In this document: positions 24,110-33,392 of the stretch, in pieces | Layout: each line of letters opens with the position of its first letter | Position numbering within the stretch: the first letter of the stretch is position 1 | From: an uncultured Armatimonadia bacterium | GTDB lineage: Bacteria > Armatimonadota > Zipacnadia > CAZGSV01 | NCBI GenBank assembly: GCA_964528605.1 | Contig: CAZGSV010000002.1 | Location: 14,563-78,562, forward strand | DNA: 64,000 nt | Reading direction: 5' to 3' | Program-made: the position numbers and the translations under genes | Notes under the pieces: model-generated | Databases searched by the model: none | What the model was told of the DNA's origin: nothing | The model's input: the letters and a program-made list of their open reading frames with translations, nothing else

Positions 24110-25786
24110 ATGCAACACAGGTTCGCGTTGGCCGCGCTTGCGCTGTTGATGGTGCTCGCGGTTAGCGGCACCGGTTACGCGCAGCAGCCGAGGGCCCTGT
24201 GGGCCGGCGTCGCTGCGGAGAAGATCACGCCCTTCCTCTCGCCGGAGCGCACGGTCTGGCTCGCAGGCTACGAGGAGAACCGTCCGGGGACGAGCGTGTA
24301 CAACGACCTGTGGGCACGCGCCATTGCCGTCCATGACGGCCAGCGTGGCTTCGTGTTGGCGGTGTGCGACCTGATGGCGTTCAACCGTGTGCTCGCGCAG
24401 CGCGTGCGCGCAGGGCTGGTGGAGTCGGAGGCGCTCAGGGCCGCCGGGCTCAAGCCGGAGGACGTGCACATCGCAGCCACCCATACGCATTCCGCCCCAG
24501 ACACCGTCGGCCTCTGGGGTCCCAACCCGGCCACTTCCGGCCTGGACCCCGAGTACATCAACTTCCTCGTCAGCGTGGTGATCAAGTGCGTCAACGAGGC
24601 CGCCGCGGGATTGGCGCCCGCGCGCCTGAAGGTCGCCACCGGCTCAGCACCCGGGCTCTCGCGCAATGATCGTTTCCGCGACATCCTTGAGGCGTGCGAC
24701 GTTAGGGACTACGCCTCCCGGGACATCCCCGCAAACGTGGAGGTTCTCGACCCGGAGTTTGCGGCGCTGCAGGTTCTGGGCCCCGACGGGTCCGTCATGG
24801 CAACGGTCGTCAACTGGGCCTGCCATCCGGAGATGTCACACACCAACGCGATCACCGCCGACTTCCCCCACTGGCTGCGCGACCGCCTCGAGCAGCAGTA
24901 CGGCGGCATCGCCATCTACTGGCAGGGCGCTCAAGGCGGGATGATCACCGGCAACAGTCGCCCCGGCGAGGACATTGACGCCTCCGAGCGCATCGGCCTC
25001 GCCCTGGCCGACCGCGTGGTTGAGGCGCTGGGCAAGGGCGAGGAGGTGGCCGGCGCTCCCATTAGCGCTGAGAGCAAGACCATCAAGGTGAAGATGGAGA
25101 ACGAGGGTTTCAAGGCGGGAATGGAGGCGGGGGTGTTGCCGATGAGGCTCACACCCGAGGGCGAGATCGAGACGGAGGTCACGCACATTACCGTGGGGCC
25201 CATGGAGTTCGTCACCATTCCCGGCGAGGCGCTGCCTAACATCGGCCTCATGCTCAAGCGCCACATGACGGGCCGGCCCAGGTTCATCATCGGCCTGTGC
25301 GACGACGAGTTGGGTTACATTCTCGCGCAGGAGGATTGGGGCCTGGCGCTCTACGAGTACGAGACTAGCATGTCGGTCGGATCCACCATGGGCCGCATCA
25401 TGGGCGACGCGCTCTTGGAGATGATCTCGGCAGCCTCTCTGGCCGCGGCGCCCGCAGCCTTCTCGCCGGAGAAGGTGCAGGCCTTCTTCGCCGACCTGCC
25501 GGCAAAGTTCAAGCGGGAGAAAGCGGAGGGCGTGGACGCCGTCTATCAGATCAACCTAACCGGCGAGGGCGGCGGCCAGTGGAACATTACGGTGCGGAAC
25601 CAGCAATGCGTGGTCGCCCAAGGCGTCGCTGAGAAGCCCAATATGACCATCGAGGCGGACGCCGCAGATTGGCTGAAGATAGTCGCCGGCGAGATGGCCC
25701 CCACGAGTGCGATCCTCCAAGGCAGGCTGAAGTTGCAGCCCCTGGAGCTAGGCCTAGCCGGCAAGTTCGCGGAGTTGTTCCTGTAG
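24110..25786 (+). CDS. Secreted neutral/alkaline ceramidase-like hydrolase fused to a C-terminal SCP2 sterol-carrier domain.
   Basis: Signal peptide MQHRFALAALALLMVLAVSGTGYAQQ. The N-terminal domain has a neutral-ceramidase-like His cluster (AATHTHSAPD). The C-terminal ~110 aa (FSPEKVQAFFADLPAKF...GGGQWNITV...LKLQPLELGLAGKFAELF) fits the SCP2 fold pattern. Confidence 0.6.
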   Translation: MQHRFALAALALLMVLAVSGTGYAQQPRALWAGVAAEKITPFLSPERTVWLAGYEENRPGTSVYNDLWARAIAVHDGQRGFVLAVCDLMAFNRVLAQRVRAGLVESEALRAAGLKPEDVHIAATHTHSAPDTVGLWGPNPATSGLDPEYINFLVSVVIKCVNEAAAGLAPARLKVATGSAPGLSRNDRFRDILEACDVRDYASRDIPANVEVLDPEFAALQVLGPDGSVMATVVNWACHPEMSHTNAITADFPHWLRDRLEQQYGGIAIYWQGAQGGMITGNSRPGEDIDASERIGLALADRVVEALGKGEEVAGAPISAESKTIKVKMENEGFKAGMEAGVLPMRLTPEGEIETEVTHITVGPMEFVTIPGEALPNIGLMLKRHMTGRPRFIIGLCDDELGYILAQEDWGLALYEYETSMSVGSTMGRIMGDALLEMISAASLAAAPAAFSPEKVQAFFADLPAKFKREKAEGVDAVYQINLTGEGGGQWNITVRNQQCVVAQGVAEKPNMTIEADAADWLKIVAGEMAPTSAILQGRLKLQPLELGLAGKFAELFL

Positions 25787-25834
25787 GCGACACGTAACCC
25801 GCGCCGCCAGGGGCCTGATCCCTGGACTTGCCTC

Positions 25835-26509
25835 CTACGACGGCGGTCCCGCCTTGGGCGGGGGCCGGCGGCGCAGCAGTTCGTAGGCAAGGAAGCCGAA
25901 CAGACACACCGCCCCCCCTATCACCAGGAACAGGTGCGAGGCGGGGTACTTCTGCCAGACGTGGATCAGCCGCTGCGATAGAAAGAGGGCGATCACGTTG
26001 AAGATGAAGGACCCGAGCGCGGTCAGCCACACGAAGGGGCCGAGCGGGAACGCCGCGAACCCCGCGACGAAGGACGACCAAGGCCGGACGTAGCCGATGA
26101 AACGCGTGGCGAAGATGGTGGCGGCGCCGTAGCGGCCGTACCAGCGGACCAGCCGATCGTGCGTTTCCGCGAAACGGCCTCCTTTGGCAAGCCTGCGGCG
26201 CACCCAGGCATCGCCGCGCCGGCCGATGACATAGGCGGTCACGCTGCCGGCCAAGTGGCCGACAGTCAGCGCAGCGAGGACGATCAGCGTGCCGTACCCT
26301 CGACCGGCCGCGATGGAGACCGCCGCCAGGTAGCCCAGTTCCGTGGGCAGCGGTATGCCGACGTTCTCGATGAACATGGAGGCGGCGATTCCGGCGAGGC
26401 CGTATCGGCGGAACAGCTCATAAAGGGCAACCGCCGCGTGCTCGATCACAGTGAGACAGTCCGCGGCTGAGGCTGGGCTCGCACGGCTAGTTGCCCGCCC
26501 CGCCTCCAA
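25835..26509 (-). CDS. DedA/SNARE-associated family membrane protein.
   Basis: It has the FIENVGIPLPTE...GRGYG...RFIGYVRPWSSFVAG pattern of DedA proteins. The exact start is uncertain. Confidence 0.7.
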   Translation of the reverse strand: MEAGRATSRASPASAADCLTVIEHAAVALYELFRRYGLAGIAASMFIENVGIPLPTELGYLAAVSIAAGRGYGTLIVLAALTVGHLAGSVTAYVIGRRGDAWVRRRLAKGGRFAETHDRLVRWYGRYGAATIFATRFIGYVRPWSSFVAGFAAFPLGPFVWLTALGSFIFNVIALFLSQRLIHVWQKYPASHLFLVIGGAVCLFGFLAYELLRRRPPPKAGPPS

Positions 26510-26593
26510 GAATGGCGCCGCACCTGCAGGCGCCGGGCAAAGCCCGCGCCCCCCCGGGTTCCCTCTACCCCCAACGCCGCCCGGCCGCTGAGC

Positions 26594-27781
26594 CTAGGCT
26601 CTCCTCTGTCGCCGGAGCGTTTCGTAGACGTCGAGAACATGCCCGTGCATCATCTCTATCCGATGCCTTCCGGCTCTGACCAGGCTCTCGCGCCCGAAAC
26701 GGGCAGCCAGTTCTCGATCGGCGAGCAGCCTGGCGACGCAGTCGGCCAGAGAGGCGCTGTCGCCGGGAGCGAAGAGCAGGCCATTCTCGCCCGGGACCAC
26801 CAGTTCGGTGAGGGCGCCGGCATTGGCGGCCACGATGGGCAGCCCCGCCGCCATGGCCTCCAGGGTAACGATGCTCTGCGATTCCACTGCTGAGGGGATC
26901 ACGAAGACCGTCGCGACCTGGTAGAGTTGCGGCAGGTCGTCCGACTCGTGCGGCACCTCGCCCACCAGCGTGACCGCCTCGGCGACCCCGAGTTGCTCCG
27001 CCCTCTTGACGCACTTGGCGCGGCTCTCGCCCCCCCCGACAAGCACAAAGTGGGCCCGCGTGCGCGCCAGCACCCGCGGCACCGCCTCGATGAGAACCTC
27101 GATGGACTTGTCCCGGTCTATGCGGCCAACGTAGAGCACCAGGGGCACTTGGGTGGGCAGATGGTAGCGGCGCAAGATGGCCGAGGGCGGTGAGTAGGAG
27201 TAGAAGCGCTCGATGGGCACGCCGTTGGAGATCGCCGACACGTTGGTCTTCACGCCCCAGCCGACCAGCATCTTGGCCACGGTCTCCGAGGGCGCGATGA
27301 CGGCATCCGCCTGGTTGTAGAAATCGGTCAGGTAGCGCACCAGCATCCTGCGGGCGACGTTTTTGGCGGGGCCCAGGAAGCCCATGTAGGCAACCACATA
27401 GTCGAGCGTGAAATGGTGCGTTATCACCACGGGAATGCCGAGGGCGCGGGCGCCTGCGAGGGCTCCGGCGGATATACCGGCCGGGTCGTGCAGGTGCACG
27501 ATGTCGGGCTCTATCCGGCGCACGTACTGCGCGGCCCTCTTGCGCCGCAAGAAGGACACCCTGAACCCGGGCCGGAAGGGGTTGCGGATGGCCCGCAGGC
27601 GATGCACGAGCAGCCCGTCCAGGTCGGAGGAACGTTCTTCGCGGTCGGTGAAATCCGTCGAGGGCGCCAGGATGGAGACGCAGTGGCCCTGCTGCACTAG
27701 AGTCTTGGCCAGCAGGAAGGTGGCCACCGAGACGCCGGAGATGTTGGGGTAGTAGGACTCGGTTGCGAGGAGGATTCTCAC
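26594..27781 (-). CDS. Glycosyltransferase family 4 (GT-B).
   Basis: It has the N-terminal ESYYPNISGVS and the C-terminal EGFGLPIVEAMAAGLPIVA-type motif (VTLEAMAAGLPIVAANAGAL). Confidence 0.85.
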   Translation of the reverse strand: MRILLATESYYPNISGVSVATFLLAKTLVQQGHCVSILAPSTDFTDREERSSDLDGLLVHRLRAIRNPFRPGFRVSFLRRKRAAQYVRRIEPDIVHLHDPAGISAGALAGARALGIPVVITHHFTLDYVVAYMGFLGPAKNVARRMLVRYLTDFYNQADAVIAPSETVAKMLVGWGVKTNVSAISNGVPIERFYSYSPPSAILRRYHLPTQVPLVLYVGRIDRDKSIEVLIEAVPRVLARTRAHFVLVGGGESRAKCVKRAEQLGVAEAVTLVGEVPHESDDLPQLYQVATVFVIPSAVESQSIVTLEAMAAGLPIVAANAGALTELVVPGENGLLFAPGDSASLADCVARLLADRELAARFGRESLVRAGRHRIEMMHGHVLDVYETLRRQRRA

Positions 27782-27910
27782 GCTCGGCGAATTGTCCTAG
27801 GTGTGCATGTGCGAACCTACGCGTCGGGCTATCATCTTGCCATATTCACAGCCTGTAGGAAACTGCTCCCCGCCCCGCCGTCTGCGCACCCACCACTAGT
27901 GTTGCTCGTA

Positions 27911-29473
27911 CTAGAGCAGGCCGTCAAGCAGCCCCGCGCGCTTGAGCGGCCTCGCTATCTCAACGGCCCGCGCGAGCAGTTCAGCAGCCCTCGGGCGGTC
28001 AACCTGTCGGAGCGCCAGCGCGCGCGTGGCGAGGGCCCAAACCTCGCCCAGGGGCATCTTGGCCTCCCTTGCCAGCGAGGCGGCCCTGTCCGCTGCCCGC
28101 GCGGCGTCGTTGTGCTGGCGTAAGGCCAGCAGGAGCGTGGCCTTCTCGCCCATGGCCCCCAGTTGGTGCGCCGCCGAACCCTCCCAAGCGGCGCATATCA
28201 GAGCCCGTTCGGCCGCCTCCAGCCCGCGATGCGACATTCCCCAGGCCAGGCAGTGGCGGGCCCACGCCAGATTGGCCTGGAAGCCCTCGCCCCCATGGCG
28301 CGCGCCATGAGTGTGGACGCTCAGAGCCCCGAGCGCGCGAGCAGCCCCTGACGACTCTTGGTTGAGGACCCACTCGCCGGCCTTGTCGTGCAGGGAGGCA
28401 GCCTCGTCGGTGGTCATGGTCACTTGCGCGGCGCTGCGGAAGAGCGGATGGGCAAAGGCGTATTCGCCCTCGCTGGCCCTGCCAAAGAGCGACGAACGCG
28501 ACAACGTCTCTTCCACGCCGGCGGGAGAGCGCACGAGCATTGCGGCGATGAGCCCGGGGGCGAACCAGCCCGGCACCAGCGCCGCGGCCTGCGCCGCTTC
28601 CTTCTCCTCCTCCGCGCACTCCTCTAGGTACAGGCCCGCGGCGAGAAGCGAAGGCTGGGGGTTGGTTCCTTCGCGCTGGAGCCAGGTCATGAGCGCGAAC
28701 GGACTGTCGGTGCGCGCCGCGACCGTTTCGGCGACCCCTGGCGCCAGGGTCCTGCCTCCTCTCTTTGCCGCGGTCTCGCCCACCTCGCGCGATGCTAGCC
28801 GCCCCGGCCTGACGACCCGCAGCCCCGCGGCCTGCGCAACCTCGGCGGGCTCTCCCGCGGCTGGCCCGTCCTCGCACGCCACGGCAAGCCATAAGCCCTC
28901 GGCTTGGATCAGGGCCGCCCAAGGGAGGTCTGGAGCGAGATGCGCTTCGTCCACGACAAGACAGAGCATCTTGCCTTCCGGCTGCCGCCCGCACAGGGAG
29001 ACCACGCCCTCCGCCCAGGCCTGGGGCAAGCGCCGTTCGAGTCTCTCGGAGCGCGCCAGCATCCGCAGGACTTCCAGGCATTCTTCGGTCAGCGTCTCGA
29101 GCATTTGCTTGCCCGAGGGGAGTGGTTCAGCGCTCGCGCGCGTCAGCATCTGCTCGATGTTGAGGCCGGGCCCGGAGGAGGCGTGATGCCTCAACGCTTC
29201 CTGCGCCCAAGCGTTGCCCTCGCCCTCGTCCGCGCGCAGGTCCAGCCATCCGAGGAGCCAACCGTCGGTTTGTGCGCGCGCGACCGCCGCGCCCCGCGCG
29301 GTCGCCTGCCAAGCGGCCCACTCGAGCAGCGAGGACTTGCCCGCTCCCGCCGGGCCGACTATCAACACGCCCCGACCGGAATCCAGCGCCCCCGTTATCG
29401 CTTCGCGCTCGCGCGCGCGTCCGCAGACTTCCGGGGGCCAGCAAGGCAGGAACGGGCTGCGTGCTTCGTTCAT
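27911..29473 (-). CDS. AAA+/STAND-like P-loop ATPase with a C-terminal helical (TPR-like) region. It is an orphan.
   Basis: Walker A is GPAGAGKSSL and Walker B-like is LCLVVDEAH. The alpha-helical Ala/Leu-rich C-terminus resembles MalT/LuxR-type STAND regulators, but no HTH is seen. Confidence 0.55.
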   Translation of the reverse strand: MNEARSPFLPCWPPEVCGRAREREAITGALDSGRGVLIVGPAGAGKSSLLEWAAWQATARGAAVARAQTDGWLLGWLDLRADEGEGNAWAQEALRHHASSGPGLNIEQMLTRASAEPLPSGKQMLETLTEECLEVLRMLARSERLERRLPQAWAEGVVSLCGRQPEGKMLCLVVDEAHLAPDLPWAALIQAEGLWLAVACEDGPAAGEPAEVAQAAGLRVVRPGRLASREVGETAAKRGGRTLAPGVAETVAARTDSPFALMTWLQREGTNPQPSLLAAGLYLEECAEEEKEAAQAAALVPGWFAPGLIAAMLVRSPAGVEETLSRSSLFGRASEGEYAFAHPLFRSAAQVTMTTDEAASLHDKAGEWVLNQESSGAARALGALSVHTHGARHGGEGFQANLAWARHCLAWGMSHRGLEAAERALICAAWEGSAAHQLGAMGEKATLLLALRQHNDAARAADRAASLAREAKMPLGEVWALATRALALRQVDRPRAAELLARAVEIARPLKRAGLLDGLL

Positions 29474-29569
29474 GGCGGAGAACCTGCCTCAATGTAGCGC
29501 ACGGGCGGCGCCCGGCCAAATCCGCCCTCCCTTGCCGAGCGGCGGCGAAAGCCGTAAAGAGTCTAGGCC

Positions 29570-30388
29570 ATGTGGCGGCCCGCATTGATCGCGCTTGACC
29601 TTGACGACACGTTGCTCAACAGCGAGGGCTGCGTCTCACCGCGTTCCGCCGCCGCGGTCAGGGCCGCGGCGCGCGAGGGCCGCCGTGTGGTGGTGGCCAC
29701 GGGCTCGATGCACCATCGCGCGGCGGCGTTTGCCAACGAGTTGGGCGTTCCCGGGCCGGTCATCTCCTACAATGGGGCCATGCTCCGCGAATCGGACGGC
29801 TCGTGGACGTATCACCATCTGCCGCTGACGCCGGAGCAGGCCGCGGCGGTGCTGCGCTTCGCTGATGGGCACGGCGTGCACGCGAACGTCTACGTGGACG
29901 ACGTGCTCTACATTCGCCAGTGCAACCAGTGGTCCGAACTGTACCGCTCCCGCCATCATCCGCAGATGGTCGAGTGTCCCAACATCGAGGAACTCACGGC
30001 TCGGAGCCCCACCAAGATTCTGCTTATCGCCGAGCCCGCAACCATCGCCCGCTTGGAGACAGAGGGCCGGGCGGAGTTCCCCGGCCTCTACGTGACGCGC
30101 TCCAAGCAGGACTATCTGGAGTTCGTCAACCCGCAGGCGAGCAAGGGGAAGGCGCTCCGAGTGCTGACGGAGCAAGTGCTAGGCTTGAGCGCGGATCAGG
30201 TGATGGCGATCGGCGACGCCTACAACGACATTGATATGATCGAGTACGCGGGCCTGGGCGTCGCACCGGCGAACGCGCATCCCGAGGTCCGCGCTCGCGC
30301 CGCGCACGTATGCGCCTCGAATGATGAGGACGGCCCCGCCATCGCCATCGAGGCCGTGCTGGCAGGGGCATTGCAGCCCGGCGCGTAA
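29570..30388 (+). CDS. Cof-type HAD-IIB family hydrolase.
   Basis: Motif I is LIALDLDDTLL, and the C-terminus has GDAYNDIDM (motif IV). Confidence 0.85.
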   Translation: MWRPALIALDLDDTLLNSEGCVSPRSAAAVRAAAREGRRVVVATGSMHHRAAAFANELGVPGPVISYNGAMLRESDGSWTYHHLPLTPEQAAAVLRFADGHGVHANVYVDDVLYIRQCNQWSELYRSRHHPQMVECPNIEELTARSPTKILLIAEPATIARLETEGRAEFPGLYVTRSKQDYLEFVNPQASKGKALRVLTEQVLGLSADQVMAIGDAYNDIDMIEYAGLGVAPANAHPEVRARAAHVCASNDEDGPAIAIEAVLAGALQPGA

Positions 30389-30438
30389 GGGCGTGCGGCT
30401 ATACGCACCTACGTCTTGAGACCGAGCGCCGCTGATGC

Positions 30439-31677
30439 CTAGCCTCTGCGGCGGGTGGCGGGCCTCCTCGTCGCTGCCGGCTTCTTGGTAACCCGCTTCT
30501 TGGCTAGCGGCTTCTTGGTGACCCGCTTCTTGGTCGCGGGCTTCTTCGCTTCCGCCTCCGCGCGCGCCTGCCTGAGCCTCGAGCGCACGGCCCGGGGCGC
30601 GAAGGAGAGGCGCGGGTACGAACCGTAGCTGCCGTAGTAGTAGACCAACTCTATGGTGCGGCAGTAGCGCTTGAAGGAGACGTTGTCCGGGACCGAGTGG
30701 TCGGAATGGTAGATGTAACCGCCGCCGTACTTGGCGTAGGGAATCTTGGTGGCGATCTCCTGCTCGATGGCCCCAGGGTCGTCGCTGGCCATGGCGCGCA
30801 CGTCTATCCCGCCCATGAACGCCATGCGGTCGCCGAAGTTGCGCTTGAGTTCTATCAGGTCCATTCCCGCCTTGACCTCGAGGGGCTGCAGGCAGTCGAA
30901 GCCGGCCTCGACTAGTTGCGGCACCAGTTCGCGCACGCGCCCGCAGGAATGCAGGATGACCGGCAGGCCCTTGCTGTGCGAGAAGTCGCAGAACCGCTTG
31001 TGGGCAGGCAGCAGCAGTTCGCGGTAGCAACGCGGGGAGAACAGAGAGGCGTTGCGGTAGCCCATGTCGTCGTAGACGAAACTGGCGTCGAACACGAACC
31101 CCCTGTCCAGCATCTCGCCCAAGGATTCGATGAGCATCTGAGTGGCGGTGTCGAACATGTCCTTGACCCAGGCGGGGTCGTCGAGCATGGCCATGAGCAG
31201 GTTCTGGGAACCGACAATGCCTTGCGTCTTGTCGTAGCCGAAGGCGCCGCCGTAGGTGATGAAGTGCCCTTCGCGGCGCATGCGCTTGTTGGCCTTGAGG
31301 CCGTTCCAGTCCACCCGGGACTCGTTCCAGGCAAGCCGCGGCTTGTGCTCCTCCCACGTCTTGCGGTCCTTGATGGTGAACTGGAAGTACTCCGGGGTGG
31401 AGGTCGCGTGCTTCCAGTTCTTGGCCAGCGCGCCTTGGGCGTTGCGCACGACGGTGTACTCGCCGGTTTCCTCCACGGTTTCCGAGGGGAACTGGAAGGA
31501 GGTATCGGCGCCGTGGCCCCGGAACTCGTAGTCGAAGTATTCGCCCGGCCCCAGGTTCTTGGGCAAGCCCTCTTCGTGCCAGCGGCGCACGGTCGTGCCC
31601 CAGGGCGCGTCGGTAATGCCCACTCGGTCGGCTTCCTGGTGGCGCAGCGCCCGCAGAATGCGTTCGCGAGAGGTCAA
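30439..31677 (-). CDS. URO-D family protein (MtaA/CmuA-like) with a C-terminal lysine-rich KKPxTKKRVT repeat tail.
   Basis: The N-terminus MTSRERILRALRHQEADRVG is typical of URO-D. The tail is AKKPATKKRVTKKPLAKKRVTKKPAATRRPATRRRG. Confidence 0.7.
   Translation of the reverse strand: MTSRERILRALRHQEADRVGITDAPWGTTVRRWHEEGLPKNLGPGEYFDYEFRGHGADTSFQFPSETVEETGEYTVVRNAQGALAKNWKHATSTPEYFQFTIKDRKTWEEHKPRLAWNESRVDWNGLKANKRMRREGHFITYGGAFGYDKTQGIVGSQNLLMAMLDDPAWVKDMFDTATQMLIESLGEMLDRGFVFDASFVYDDMGYRNASLFSPRCYRELLLPAHKRFCDFSHSKGLPVILHSCGRVRELVPQLVEAGFDCLQPLEVKAGMDLIELKRNFGDRMAFMGGIDVRAMASDDPGAIEQEIATKIPYAKYGGGYIYHSDHSVPDNVSFKRYCRTIELVYYYGSYGSYPRLSFAPRAVRSRLRQARAEAEAKKPATKKRVTKKPLAKKRVTKKPAATRRPATRRRG
30481..30555. 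repeat. 15-bp tandem coding repeat (CTTCTTGGNNNCCCG, 5 copies) encoding the KKxxT basic tail.
   Basis: The copies are cttcttggtaacccg / cttcttggctagcgg / cttcttggtgacccg / cttcttggtcgcggg / cttcttcgcttccgc. Confidence 0.6.
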
Positions 31678-31850
31678 AGGCTCGATTCCCCTTTCTTCCT
31701 CGGAGGAATGGTTTGGGCTAGGCTAGACCGCGGGCGGCGAGCGGTCAAGCCAGGCGCGCGGCCGCGCGGTGGGCCGGTTGGGTTTGCGGTGGTAGAATCT
31801 ATGTGGTTGCCTTGGGCGGTCCTTGGCCCCAGAGGGTGGAGGTGATCCGT

Positions 31851-33311
31851 ATGGCCGAGGCTTTCAGAGGTCCCCTAGAGCAGATTGATCGCTACCGTTG
31901 GCGCATTCCGCGCAAGTACAAGCCCGCGATGCGCACCGACGGCATCATCTACATCAGCCCGGAGTTGCTGGAGGCGATGCGCGGGGACAACGCGCCCGAG
32001 CAGGTGGCTAATGTCGCTTGCTTGCCGGGCATCGTCGGCAATTCCCTCGCCATGCCCGACATCCATTACGGCTACGGCTTCCCCATCGGCGGCGTGGCCG
32101 CCACCTCGGTCGCCGAGGGCGTGATCTCGCCCGGCGGCGTCGGCTACGACATCAACTGCGGCGTGCGACTGTTGAGGACCAATCTGAGCAAGGAGGAATT
32201 GGCCCCACGCCTGGAGCAGTTGCTCGACCAGATCGCGCGCGACGTGCCCTCCGGCGTCGGCTCCGAAGGACGCCTGCGCGTCAACCAGAAAGAACTGGAA
32301 CAGGTCATGGTCAAAGGCGCGAAGTGGGCGGTGGGCAAAGGCTACGGGGACCGCGCCGACTTGGAGGCCTGCGAGGGCAACGGGCAACTACCCAATGCGG
32401 ACCCCGATCAGGTCACCGCGCGCGCCAAGCAGCGCGGCCTGCCGCAACTGGGCACGCTCGGCGCCGGCAACCACTTCCTGGAGGCGCAGGTGGTGGAGGA
32501 GATCTACGAGCCGGAGATCGCGCAGCGCCTGGGCATCACGCACCCGGGCCAGATCACGGTGATGATCCACACCGGCTCGCGCGGCCTGGGCTATCAGGTG
32601 TGCGACGACTCGCTGCTGACCATGCGTGAGGCGGTGCGCAAGTACGGGATCGAGTTGCCGGACCGGGAGTTGGTGTGCGCGCCGGTGCAGTCGCCGGAGG
32701 GGCAGGGCTACCTCGGCGCAATGGCCTCGGCGGCCAACTACGCCTGGGCCAATCGGCAGTGCATCACTCACTGGGTGCGGCAGGCGTTCGAGCGCGTCTT
32801 CGGCGTCGGCGTGGGCAAGTTGGGGCTGGAACTAGTCTACGACGTCGCCCACAACATCGCCAAGATCGAGAAGCACGCGGTGAACGGAAAAGAGGAGACC
32901 TTGTGCGTGCACCGCAAGGGAGCCACGCGAGCCTTTGGGCCAGGCCATCCCGAACTGCCGGAACGCTATCGAGACCTCGGCCAGCCGGTGATCGTCCCCG
33001 GTGACATGGGGCGCGCTTCATTCCTGCTGGTGGGCACGGAGCAGGCAATGCGGGAGACCTGGGGCTCCACCTGCCACGGCGCCGGGAGGGCGATGAGCCG
33101 CACGCAGGCGCTCAAGACCGCCACCTCTCAAGAAGTAATCGCGGAACTCAAGGAAAAGGGCATTCTCATCCGCGCCGCCTCCAAGAAGACCATTGCCGAA
33201 GAAGCCCCGCACGCCTATAAGGACGTCTCCCTGGTCGTGGACGCGTGCGACGGCGCCGGCATCTCCAAGAAGGTAGTCAAGTTCCGGCCGCTGGGAGTGG
33301 TCAAGGGGTAA
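31851..33311 (+). CDS. rtcB: RNA-splicing ligase RtcB.
   Basis: It has RtcB motifs (LPGIVGNSLAMPDIHYGYGFPIGGV, GAGNHF, HTGSRGLG, CHGAGR). The ATG at 31851 gives a canonical N-terminus. Confidence 0.85.
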   Translation: MAEAFRGPLEQIDRYRWRIPRKYKPAMRTDGIIYISPELLEAMRGDNAPEQVANVACLPGIVGNSLAMPDIHYGYGFPIGGVAATSVAEGVISPGGVGYDINCGVRLLRTNLSKEELAPRLEQLLDQIARDVPSGVGSEGRLRVNQKELEQVMVKGAKWAVGKGYGDRADLEACEGNGQLPNADPDQVTARAKQRGLPQLGTLGAGNHFLEAQVVEEIYEPEIAQRLGITHPGQITVMIHTGSRGLGYQVCDDSLLTMREAVRKYGIELPDRELVCAPVQSPEGQGYLGAMASAANYAWANRQCITHWVRQAFERVFGVGVGKLGLELVYDVAHNIAKIEKHAVNGKEETLCVHRKGATRAFGPGHPELPERYRDLGQPVIVPGDMGRASFLLVGTEQAMRETWGSTCHGAGRAMSRTQALKTATSQEVIAELKEKGILIRAASKKTIAEEAPHAYKDVSLVVDACDGAGISKKVVKFRPLGVVKG

Positions 33312-33392
33312 GGGAGCAGGCGCCCGGACCGAGGACCCGTAGGGAGGAGCGGTGCCGGTGCGGAGAGTGACGTCGCTGGTTGGGAGGTTGGT

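Noticed and set aside
29480-29570. Possible divergent promoter or leader RNA between the ATPase and HAD genes.
   Set aside because: It is only ~95 bp, with no conserved structure or recognisable -35/-10 elements that I can defend from sequence alone.
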